From Candidatus Zixiibacteriota bacterium (GTDB lineage Bacteria > Zixibacteria > MSB-5A5 > WJJR01 > JAJRUJ01), in assembly GCA_020051695.1 (NCBI GenBank), contig JAGVQM010000012.1:6361-70360 (forward strand): a DNA stretch of 64,000 nucleotides, in the 5' to 3' direction. A model generated the notes under the pieces. It saw only the letters and a list, made by a program, of their open reading frames with translations, had not been told where the DNA came from and made no database searches. Every line of letters begins with the position of its first letter. Position 1 is the stretch's first letter. Shown here piece after piece: positions 48,468 to 57,311 of this stretch. Both the position numbers and the translations under genes were made by a program.

Positions 48468-49835
48468 ATGCCTTCGATTCTTGTTGTGGATGATAAGGAC
48501 TCCATCCGCAAAATGCTTTCGGAAACGCTGGTTGCGGAAGGACACGAAGTCGAGGTGGCGAAAAACGGCCATACGGCGGTGGAAAAGGTGCGGAACGGGC
48601 GCTTCGATCTGGTGCTGACCGACCTGAAAATGCCGGAGATGGACGGCCTGGAAGTCCTGGCCTCCATCCGGGAAACCAATCCGGAGACCGCCGTCATCGT
48701 GATGACCGCCTACGGTACCATCGAGGATGCGGTCAAAGCGATGAAATCCGGGGCTTACGATTTCCTGACCAAACCCTTCGACCCCGACCGACTCTCCATG
48801 CTCATCAACCGCGCCCTGGAAAACCGGCGACTGCTGGCCGAAAACGAACTGCTCCGCGAGGAATTAGCCAATAAACTCGGCTACAACCAGATTATTGGTT
48901 CGGCGCCCAGTATGAAGGCGACCGAGGCCCTGGTCAAAAAGGTTGCCGGCTCGGATACCACTGTTCTGTTTGAAGGTGAAAGCGGAACCGGGAAAGAGCT
49001 GTTTGCCGCGGCGATTCATCACTTGTCCCCGCGCCAGGACAAATCCTATGTGACGATTAACTGCGCGGCAATCCCCCGGGAATTGCTGGAAAACGAATTG
49101 TTCGGTTCGGAAGCCGGCGCGTTCACCTCTTCCAACGCCCGCAAAATGGGCAAATTCGAAATCGCCAATGGCGGTACGGTGTTTTTAGATGAAGTCGGCG
49201 ATATGGACATGGCGTTGCAGGCAAAATTGCTGCGCTTTCTGCAACAGCGTACATTTGAACGCCTCGGCGGCACCAAGACAATCACCGTGAATGTCCGCGT
49301 GATCGCCGCGACCAACGTTGATCTCAAGGCCGCCTGCGACAATAAGGAATTCCGCGAAGACCTGTACTATCGCCTTTCGGTCTTCCCTATTCGGATTCCG
49401 CCATTGAGGGAACGGCGGGAGGATATCGCCAAACTCGCCGATTATTTCATCGATAAGTACTGTACTGAACTGAAAAAGCCCACCAAAAAAATCACCCAGG
49501 ACGCCATCAAGCTGATGGACCGTTACAACTGGCCGGGAAATGTCCGCGAACTGGAAAATACCATCGAACGGGCGATTATCCTCTGTGAAGGGAAATATAT
49601 CACTCCCGATCACCTGGCAATCCGGATCCCTTCCAATGAAGAAATCCGCTTGCGGGAAGGTGCGGGACTCAAGGAAGTCGGACAACACGCTCAATCCATG
49701 GCGGAAAAAGCCATGATCCTTCGCGTGCTGGAGCAAACCCGTGGCAACAAACGCAAAGCCGCGGAAATCTTAAAAATCGACTACACTACATTATTCGAAA
49801 AAATGAAAAAATTCGGTATTGACTACCATCGCTAG
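48468..49835 (+). CDS. NtrC-family response regulator (REC-AAA+-HTH)
   Basis: LVVDD, TDLKMP, KPF receiver; GESGTGKE, GAFTSS variant, LDEVGD, WPGNVRELEN; C-terminal HTH. Confidence 0.93.
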   Translation: MPSILVVDDKDSIRKMLSETLVAEGHEVEVAKNGHTAVEKVRNGRFDLVLTDLKMPEMDGLEVLASIRETNPETAVIVMTAYGTIEDAVKAMKSGAYDFLTKPFDPDRLSMLINRALENRRLLAENELLREELANKLGYNQIIGSAPSMKATEALVKKVAGSDTTVLFEGESGTGKELFAAAIHHLSPRQDKSYVTINCAAIPRELLENELFGSEAGAFTSSNARKMGKFEIANGGTVFLDEVGDMDMALQAKLLRFLQQRTFERLGGTKTITVNVRVIAATNVDLKAACDNKEFREDLYYRLSVFPIRIPPLRERREDIAKLADYFIDKYCTELKKPTKKITQDAIKLMDRYNWPGNVRELENTIERAIILCEGKYITPDHLAIRIPSNEEIRLREGAGLKEVGQHAQSMAEKAMILRVLEQTRGNKRKAAEILKIDYTTLFEKMKKFGIDYHR

Positions 49836-50246
49836 GCGGTTTGAGCCGCGATTCGTTACTGAATGGAATATTAGGATTTGGATAAATTACCTGAGGGAAT
49901 GGTAGAGACACCGGGAAAGCCATCTCTTGGTCTACGGGAGCAGTGCACAATTTTTGTCTTGACATCCCTGTGGGAGACAATTGAATAAAGAAATTACAGG
50001 AAGTGCCGATGACTGAAGTGTGTGAACGGTACTTTTGTAAGCGCGCTGGGGGGCGAGGCGACATCGATTACAGACCCGTTACCTCATGGTTTTAAATGAG
50101 GAGTTGGTCACCGGATTTAACGGGATGATCTCGGCAGGAGATCATCCATCAGCAAGTGAAAAAAATCCCAACTGCGGGGAATTCCGGTTGGGCGACTGAA
50201 TGTTAAAGCGCGGGTTATTGTACAACATTGCTCAAGGAGGAGTAAA

Positions 50247-50423
50247 TTGAACAAAACCGCACTTGAAAACCGCATCCTAGTCTGCGAGGAATGCGGCGAG
50301 GAGTTTGCCTTCACCGTCGCCGCGCAGCAATACTTCCTGGAGAAAGGGTATCTCCAAAGTCCAAAACGATGTAAGTTCTGTCACGGCAAGTACAAACGTG
50401 AGAAAAAACCGGTCCGCGCTTAA
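50247..50423 (+). CDS. Small zinc-ribbon protein (58 aa, zf-trcl-like)
   Basis: Not in ORF track. SD AAGGAGG, TTG start, ...LVCEECGEEFAFTVAAQQYFLEKGYLQSPKRCKFCH... Confidence 0.88.
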   Translation: MNKTALENRILVCEECGEEFAFTVAAQQYFLEKGYLQSPKRCKFCHGKYKREKKPVRA

Positions 50424-50584
50424 GCCGGCTGCGTGTCGGGAAGCAAGTAGAATCCTCTCATTATTGTCGGCCACGACAACCACTCGACGGTAACTCGGAG
50501 GGGTTGCCGACCCGTCCGACACGGTCAAATCACTCACAGGATCTTCTCAATTGCCGGTTGTTTGCGGCACAGAGTATCGAATAT

Positions 50585-51391
50585 CTAATGTATTGAAAAA
50601 TGTCGCCAGTACCAGTCAATGAGCTCCTGTCCGTAAAAAACTACCAGCAAAGCGGCAAGCACCAAAAATGGACCGAAGGGCAGCATCCGTTCACGGCGAA
50701 ATCGTGCCGAAATCGCCAGCACGACTACTGAAACCAGCAAGCCCAGCACCGCCGAAAAAACAAAGACCAGGAAAATCCGCACCGGCCCGATAAACGCGCC
50801 CATCATCGCCGCCAGTTTGATATCTCCCCCGCCAAGGGCCTCCTTTTTGAACAGCTTACTCCCCAGCCAGCCGACAAGCAGGAAACTCCCCCCGCCGGCA
50901 AAAACACCGAGAACTGAAGATACAAAATCGAGATGATCGCCGACGGCCGCCAGCCCCAGCCCCATGGCGATACCCGGCAAGGTTATTTTGTCGGGAATAA
51001 TTGTAAGCTCAAGATCGATAAAAAATACCGCCACCAGACATGCGCTGAAAAACCAAAAACCGGCAGTCGCCACCGAAATACCATAGCGCCAAAAAAACAC
51101 CAAAAACAATACGGCGGTCAACAGTTCGACCAGCGGATACCGGGGCGAAATGCGCGTCCCACAACCCCGGCAGCGGCCGCGCAGAATAACATACGACAAC
51201 AACGGCACATTTTGGTACCAGCGGATCAGTGTCCCACACCCGGGACAGGATGACCGCGGAGTGACCAGCGACTTGTTCCGGGGCAGCCGGTAGATCACTA
51301 CATTCAGGAAACTGCCCACGGCCAGCCCCAGTGCCGCGACCAGTGCCGTGATGATGGTTCCGGCGCCCGGTATGTCCATGATCCGGTCCAT
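50585..51391 (-). CDS. pilD: Prepilin peptidase/N-methyltransferase
   Basis: GSFLNVVIYRLP, SSCPGC, GRCRGC...ISPRYPLVE, FIDLE..IIPD, GGGDIKL, PFGPFL. Confidence 0.95.
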   Translation of the reverse strand: MDRIMDIPGAGTIITALVAALGLAVGSFLNVVIYRLPRNKSLVTPRSSCPGCGTLIRWYQNVPLLSYVILRGRCRGCGTRISPRYPLVELLTAVLFLVFFWRYGISVATAGFWFFSACLVAVFFIDLELTIIPDKITLPGIAMGLGLAAVGDHLDFVSSVLGVFAGGGSFLLVGWLGSKLFKKEALGGGDIKLAAMMGAFIGPVRIFLVFVFSAVLGLLVSVVVLAISARFRRERMLPFGPFLVLAALLVVFYGQELIDWYWRHFSIH

Positions 51392-51392
51392 C

Positions 51393-52235
51393 TCAGCTTT
51401 GCACCACAACAGTCGGCCCGGGCCTGCCCGCTGACGGCTTGTGCAGGACCCAGACATGAACGGGAATAATCGGCCGCAGCCATCTCAGTAGCGAACAACT
51501 GAGATGCGACAGCCAGCCGAACCCGCGCAGGACATCGACAGCGGCATAGTCCGCCGGGCGGCGAATGATATCCACGGTGTAATCAAATATCGTGAATTCG
51601 CGGACGAGTTTTTTCAATCGGCGATACGACAATAACGCCACATCATAACGCAAACCCCGGCCGCGCAGTTTAACGTACGCATCAGCCAGCCGTGGCGGAA
51701 GCCATGACAAAAATGGCAATTTGTAATGTCCTTCAATGACCACATGCCGGGTCCCGATGCCGAAATAACATATCCCGCCGGGTCTGAGCACTCGATGGAT
51801 CTCGGCCAGCAGACCCGGCTGGTCATCCACATGCTCATAGACCTGGTTGCAAATCACGATGTCGACTGCGCTATCGGCGACCGGCATGCGGGTGCCGTCA
51901 CCAACCAGAAATTCCATTTTTTGCGCCAGGTCCTGATCGGAAGCGACATACTCCACACCGGCGCGCAACGCCACCTGATCGGTGTCGAACGCCACGACCC
52001 GGCGGCAGACACGGGCCAAAGCCGCGGCCATGATACAAGTCGAGGACCCGACTTCCAACAGTGTCGCCTCCTCGACGGCCACGCCGGGATGACGCCGCAG
52101 GACAGCGATAATTTTGGCGGCTTTCTGCAAACGGCCGGCCGGCTCAAATAGGACGGGAAACCGCTCGGCAAAAGTCCCCAAAGAATCGTTGCACCGGGTG
52201 CGGCCGGGGGCCGGTGAAGAAACGAACGCACTCAC
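51393..52235 (-). CDS. Class I SAM-dependent methyltransferase
   Basis: LLEVGSSTC, GDG..MP, D.VICNQVYEHV, RVLRPGG. Confidence 0.88.
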   Translation of the reverse strand: MSAFVSSPAPGRTRCNDSLGTFAERFPVLFEPAGRLQKAAKIIAVLRRHPGVAVEEATLLEVGSSTCIMAAALARVCRRVVAFDTDQVALRAGVEYVASDQDLAQKMEFLVGDGTRMPVADSAVDIVICNQVYEHVDDQPGLLAEIHRVLRPGGICYFGIGTRHVVIEGHYKLPFLSWLPPRLADAYVKLRGRGLRYDVALLSYRRLKKLVREFTIFDYTVDIIRRPADYAAVDVLRGFGWLSHLSCSLLRWLRPIIPVHVWVLHKPSAGRPGPTVVVQS

Positions 52236-52912
52236 AATTTATGCTCCTGTACCAGCCGGTACATCACCGACAACGCCAATCCCCCGGGCCACAAACGTAC
52301 GGCAAGCTGCCCGAGCGCGCCCATCAACCGCCGGCGCGGCGGGACCAGCGAAATCGGCAGTGTGTCGGTGATAATCAGCCCGGCCTCGGCAATTACCCGC
52401 CGGTGGATCGCGGGAGTAAATGTTGTCCGTGCATACGCACTTTCCTGTGCGGTTTGCCGACGGGTAAATCGCCGGGCGACGTGGTCCTCGCATGGCAGCG
52501 AGATAATCATCTCCCCATCAGCACTCATCGTCTTTTTCAGCTTGTTCAACGCCGCGGCCGGGTCTTTCATGTATTGCAGCGTTTCCAAACAGACAATAAC
52601 CGTAAAACTCCCGGCAAAGTCATCATTTTCCAGATCGATGACCCGGGCGTCAATACCCTGTTCCTGAGTCCACTTAACAGATAACGGAGAGACATCAAGA
52701 CCCAGGACCGTAAAACCACGATCGGCGAAATGTCGTGCGGTATAGCCCCGGCCACAGCCGACATCCAACAGCCCGCCATGAGTATGGTGCATCAATCGGG
52801 CACAATACGCGGTGCGCTGACTGGTCCGGGCATCGGCGGAAACATACTCCCGGGTCTGCCAATACCGGTCAAAAAGCTTTTGTCGCGCGTCCGAGGCGTG
52901 TTCGGTTATCAT
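52232..52912 (-). CDS. Class I SAM-dependent methyltransferase
   Basis: LLDVGCGRG, LGLDVS, CLETLQY..DP. Confidence 0.88.
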   Translation of the reverse strand: MITEHASDARQKLFDRYWQTREYVSADARTSQRTAYCARLMHHTHGGLLDVGCGRGYTARHFADRGFTVLGLDVSPLSVKWTQEQGIDARVIDLENDDFAGSFTVIVCLETLQYMKDPAAALNKLKKTMSADGEMIISLPCEDHVARRFTRRQTAQESAYARTTFTPAIHRRVIAEAGLIITDTLPISLVPPRRRLMGALGQLAVRLWPGGLALSVMYRLVQEHKL

Positions 52913-54126
52913 CGTAACTCCGTGCCGGCCGAGATTTCTCTTCCGGGGGCTTTCTCCCGCGCCGGGGGTACACGAACAGGTGTTCCGATTGTGGCAAGAA
53001 ATTTCCGCGCCGCCCGTGCGGGACTCAGTACCTCAAGCATCGCCTCGGACCCGGGCATACTCGTTGTATCCCCGGCCGCATATTGAGCCATACTGCGGGC
53101 CAGGGCCGCGACATCCCCCGGAGCAATCACCTGTCCGACATTAAAACGGCGGATGAATAGCCCCAGATCACCGGTGTCGTACGCCACGACCGGGCAACCG
53201 TTTTGGACGGCCTCGGCAAACACCAACGGCAGACTGTCTGAACGCGAGGGGATTATTGCCGCCCTCGCCCCCCGGTAATACTCGGCCAGCAGCGGAGTGG
53301 GTATCCGGCCCAGGATTTTGATATTAGCCCCGACAATAGTGTCCCCGGCAACGAGTCTCAACCGTTCCAGCTCAGGACCCTCACCGATAAACACCAGGTC
53401 GTACCCCGCGGCCGCCAGCTTTGCCTGCCGATAAGCCGCCACCAGGTCATATATTCCCTTGTCGCGATGCAAGCGCCCGGCATAGAGGAAATAGGGCCGG
53501 TCACCATTCAAACCGTGTTCTGCCGTAAGCGACCTGCTCAATCTCCGGCAACTCGGCAGGAAACGGCATGGTCGATTGGCCAGCCGCCGGGCGGCCCGGG
53601 CCAGGGCGAAACCATCGGCAAAGACCCATTCGGCTTTCCGGAGAATATGCCGGGTGATCTGCCCGAATACCGGACGCCGCGCCCAGCAATTAATATCGGA
53701 GCCGAGGCACCATACCGAATAGGGCACCTGATGTCTCCGGGCGGCACACCGCGCAAACCAGCCGGAGGGCAAGGCCCACAATGCCAGGATATGGTCGATG
53801 GAATAACGCACGACCAAATCATCTGCCGCCCGCTCACCGGCCGAGACAAAACGATGGACCCGCGACCAGGTCCGGGGTGCCAGGAGGTTCCAGGAGCCGA
53901 TCGGTGTCTCATCGGTAGTTGATTCAAATGTAAACCGATGTACGTGATCTGCCTCGCCACCGGAGGGAGTACCGTACTGGGGTGTCGAAATGATGACTCT
54001 GACCCCTAATGCAGTCAACGCCTCGGCAAAATCCGGCACAAACGGCGCGGCAGGATCGTCGCTGTCACGGGGATAACGGTTGGTGACAAGCAGTATATTC
54101 ACGGCTGTTGACCGGCCTCCGGCCAT
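52909..54126 (-). CDS. Glycosyltransferase family 4
   Basis: LYAGRL..DKG, IGEGPE, PSRSDSLPLVFAEA...G.PVV....G. Confidence 0.88.
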   Translation of the reverse strand: MAGGRSTAVNILLVTNRYPRDSDDPAAPFVPDFAEALTALGVRVIISTPQYGTPSGGEADHVHRFTFESTTDETPIGSWNLLAPRTWSRVHRFVSAGERAADDLVVRYSIDHILALWALPSGWFARCAARRHQVPYSVWCLGSDINCWARRPVFGQITRHILRKAEWVFADGFALARAARRLANRPCRFLPSCRRLSRSLTAEHGLNGDRPYFLYAGRLHRDKGIYDLVAAYRQAKLAAAGYDLVFIGEGPELERLRLVAGDTIVGANIKILGRIPTPLLAEYYRGARAAIIPSRSDSLPLVFAEAVQNGCPVVAYDTGDLGLFIRRFNVGQVIAPGDVAALARSMAQYAAGDTTSMPGSEAMLEVLSPARAARKFLATIGTPVRVPPAREKAPGREISAGTELR

Positions 54127-55160
54127 ATGTGCGCATATAATCTGCCGGACTGACGTTCCACTGGCCCTGTCACCTGCGACAACCGCCGGGCAAGTTGTTT
54201 GTTCTCCCGCTGGATACGGAATAATTCGCGATGAATTCGGACCAGTTGGGTGCCCAGGAAACCGAATAACGATATTTGCAACCCGGCGACCAGCAGGATC
54301 ACGACCAATGTCATCAAGGGGCGGTCGGGATTCAAGTTCCCCATCTGCCAGAGGTAAATCAGGTGCCCGCCCCCGATCAACCCCAACGCAAACAGCAACG
54401 CGCCGATAGCGCCAAATAACATGGCGGGACGTTCAAAAAACGAAAAGAGCAGGTGTGAAATGACCGTCGCCTTTAGTAAAAACTTCGATTTACCCTTCTT
54501 GCGGCCGGTCAAAACCGCAGGCATCTCGCACGCCCGAAAGCCCGCCGCGACCGCCTTGGAGACAATCTCGAGATTGATTTCCTTGCCGTCGGATTCCAAA
54601 TCCAGTGAATCCAGCACTTCGCGGCGATAACCGCGCAGAATCCCGGTCACGGTCTTAATTCCCCCCGGCATGGCCACGCCCAACACCCAATTGCCCAGAC
54701 GGGACAACATGAGGCGTCCGGCGGGTACATTTTTCGTCGACCCACCCGGCATGTACGGCGAGCCGACGACAAAATCAACATCCGGCATGGCATCAAGCAT
54801 CTGCACGATCCCGGCCAGGTGGCTCGGATGGTAACTTAAATCAGCGTCGGTGGTCAGAATGAATTTTCCAGAAGCTTCCGCAAAACCCCGCCGTTGGGCG
54901 AAACCCCGGCCCCGATTCGGCCGGTAAAATACCGGCTTGACCCAGGGGTGAAGCAACCGGGCTTCGCGCAGGATTTCCTCGGTGTTATCGGTAGAACCGT
55001 CATTCACCGCAATGACTTCAAATGACCGTCCCAGCGGTTCCAGCGCCCCGGCGATTTGCAGCAGAATGCCCGGCAGGTTGTCGGCCTCGTTGAACATCGG
55101 CACCACCACCGAAATGTCCACCGCAACCGGTTCCCTGGTCGGATGTGGTGTTTTTCCCAT
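54099..55160 (-). CDS. Glycosyltransferase family 2 (polyprenol-phosphate GT-like, two C-terminal TM helices)
   Basis: SVVVPMFNEA, VNDGSTD, NRGRG.A, DADL. Confidence 0.9.
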   Translation of the reverse strand: MGKTPHPTREPVAVDISVVVPMFNEADNLPGILLQIAGALEPLGRSFEVIAVNDGSTDNTEEILREARLLHPWVKPVFYRPNRGRGFAQRRGFAEASGKFILTTDADLSYHPSHLAGIVQMLDAMPDVDFVVGSPYMPGGSTKNVPAGRLMLSRLGNWVLGVAMPGGIKTVTGILRGYRREVLDSLDLESDGKEINLEIVSKAVAAGFRACEMPAVLTGRKKGKSKFLLKATVISHLLFSFFERPAMLFGAIGALLFALGLIGGGHLIYLWQMGNLNPDRPLMTLVVILLVAGLQISLFGFLGTQLVRIHRELFRIQRENKQLARRLSQVTGPVERQSGRLYAHIWPEAGQQP

Positions 55161-55496
55161 GCGGATCCACCCTCTCCAGTCCGGGCCATAATGGAACGCC
55201 CGTTACATCCTATATCGGCCCGTCAGGGTAAACACCGCACTCGGAGGCCGCAGGGCCAAAAACCGCAACGGGGCCGGGTAAGCACTGCGCCGAAAAGGGC
55301 AGCCAATCATCCATTTTCGGATTTTGGCCACGTATACGGTCCGGATCCGGCCCGGGGAATGCCCGACAATCTGCGCCAAAAGCTGAGGAGTATTTTCCCG
55401 GGTGGGATAAAGCCCCCGACTGAACCTCCGATAACTAAAGAGGATAGAAACAGACCGAGAGGCCATGCCTGGATACGGTCTTCGGAGGAACCTGCA

Positions 55497-57311
55497 ATGC
55501 CGGCCCGTAAAATGTCAGACCAGATTAATGTACAAACTGATCGAATCGCGTTGAACAAATTTGACAGTGCGGCCCACGACGGTATGCCCCCTCCGGGTCC
55601 CGGCGGTGACGCCGATGACGTGCTGGCTCAAATGCATCAGGCGCTGGCCAAAATCCCCATTGAAGCATCAACCGGCTCGCGCAGTTCCAAATCGGATTCC
55701 GACAACGCCGATTATGTGACTCTGCTGGAAGTCTCCAAAGCCATTAATTCCACAATGGTCCTCGATGATATTCTGAAAATCGTGATGCATCGGGCCATCG
55801 GGTTATTACGGGCCGAGCGCGGTTTTTTGATGCTACTGGATGACAACGGCGTACTCTCGCCGCGCAGCGCGCACAATATTCACAAGGAATCGTTGACCAA
55901 TGCCGAGGATTTCCGGATCAGCCGGTCGGTGGCCCGCCGTGTGGCGGAGACCGGCGAGGCGGTGTATACGTCCAACGCCCAAAACGACGAACGCTTCGCC
56001 AACAACGAGAGCATTGTGGAATTGAACCTGCGTTCCATTCTGTGCGTTCCGCTTAAAACCAAAAACCGGCTGATCGGCGTGTGTTACCTGGATAACCAGG
56101 TGGCCACCCGGCCGTTTGTCCGTGATGACCTGTATTTGTTTAATCTGCTTGCCGAACAGGCGGCAATCGCTATCGAGAAGGCCAAGCTTTACGATGATTT
56201 GCGGGCGCTGAAAGTGTACAACGAGAGCATCGTGCGGCAGACCCCGGCCGGTATTATTGTGCTCGACCGGGACTTCCGTATTTTGACCTTCAACAGCATG
56301 GCCGAAACCATCTTCCGTGAACCGGATTCGGAATGGACCGGCAGGGAAATTGCCGGCCGCAACAAATCGTTTCTCGAAATCCTTCCGCCCGCCGACCGCC
56401 ACTGGTGGGCGGAGACCCTGCGCCGGGTGCGCGATACGCACCAAGCCCGCTTGAAAGACCCATATTTCCATAACACGTCCTCAAAGGAAAAAGTCCTCTC
56501 CGTCAAAATCAGCATCCTGGACAGCGCCGAGGAGGAAAAGCAGGACCTGATCATCCTGGTCGAGGACATTACCGAAAAATCGATCCTGCAAAAATATGTC
56601 ATCCACTCCGAGAAACTGGTGGCCAAAGCAGAGTCGGCCGGGGCGATCGGCCATGAACTGAACAACTATCTGGCCCTGATTTCGCATCATGCCGAACTGC
56701 TTCCTGTATACATTGAGCGCGGACAGCTCGACCGGCTCACCGGGGCCTGTAAGGGCATTTTGGACCATATCGACAAGATGAAACGCTTCACCGACGGGCT
56801 AATGGACTTTTCGCGGATGGAAACCGAGCTGGTCGAATATGATTTGCGGCTGCTCATCGAGGAACAACTATTCTCCCTGCGGCCGCACCGCAAGTTCGCC
56901 CGGGTGAAATTCGAAACATCCTTTGAGCCGGACCTGCCGCTGATCAAACTTGACGTGGGCCAGATTCAGCAAATACTGTTGAACCTGTTTAACAACGCCA
57001 TCGAAGCGTCCGGTCCAGATGCGGAAAAACGGCCGGAAATCAGCGTCGCTGTGCGGCGGAATAGACAGCGCGGCGCCGTGGACATCATTATAACCGATGG
57101 CGGGATGGGGATGCCCCCGGAGGTCGCCAAAAAAATCTTCGAACCGCATTTTACGACCAAAACCGGCGGCCACGGGCTGGGCTTATACAACTGCAAAAAA
57201 ATTATCGAAAACCACGGGGGACGGATTTTCGTCGAGAGCACACCGGGCATCGGCACCTCGTTTATAATCAGCCTGCCGGTGACCGATAAATACTCCTCTT
57301 TTGACAGTTAA
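55497..57311 (+). CDS. Cytoplasmic GAF-PAS sensor histidine kinase
   Basis: ATG 55497 with SD GGAGGA; GAF (AERGFLML...RSILCVPL...YLDN), PAS, H-box HELNN, N-box NLFNNA, DGGMGM, FTTK, GHGLGL. Confidence 0.92.
   Translation: MPARKMSDQINVQTDRIALNKFDSAAHDGMPPPGPGGDADDVLAQMHQALAKIPIEASTGSRSSKSDSDNADYVTLLEVSKAINSTMVLDDILKIVMHRAIGLLRAERGFLMLLDDNGVLSPRSAHNIHKESLTNAEDFRISRSVARRVAETGEAVYTSNAQNDERFANNESIVELNLRSILCVPLKTKNRLIGVCYLDNQVATRPFVRDDLYLFNLLAEQAAIAIEKAKLYDDLRALKVYNESIVRQTPAGIIVLDRDFRILTFNSMAETIFREPDSEWTGREIAGRNKSFLEILPPADRHWWAETLRRVRDTHQARLKDPYFHNTSSKEKVLSVKISILDSAEEEKQDLIILVEDITEKSILQKYVIHSEKLVAKAESAGAIGHELNNYLALISHHAELLPVYIERGQLDRLTGACKGILDHIDKMKRFTDGLMDFSRMETELVEYDLRLLIEEQLFSLRPHRKFARVKFETSFEPDLPLIKLDVGQIQQILLNLFNNAIEASGPDAEKRPEISVAVRRNRQRGAVDIIITDGGMGMPPEVAKKIFEPHFTTKTGGHGLGLYNCKKIIENHGGRIFVESTPGIGTSFIISLPVTDKYSSFDS

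Noticed and set aside
55056..55496. N-terminal 147 codons of the histidine kinase track ORF
   Set aside because: Overlaps the divergent GT2 start and promoter region; the SD-supported ATG is at 55497.
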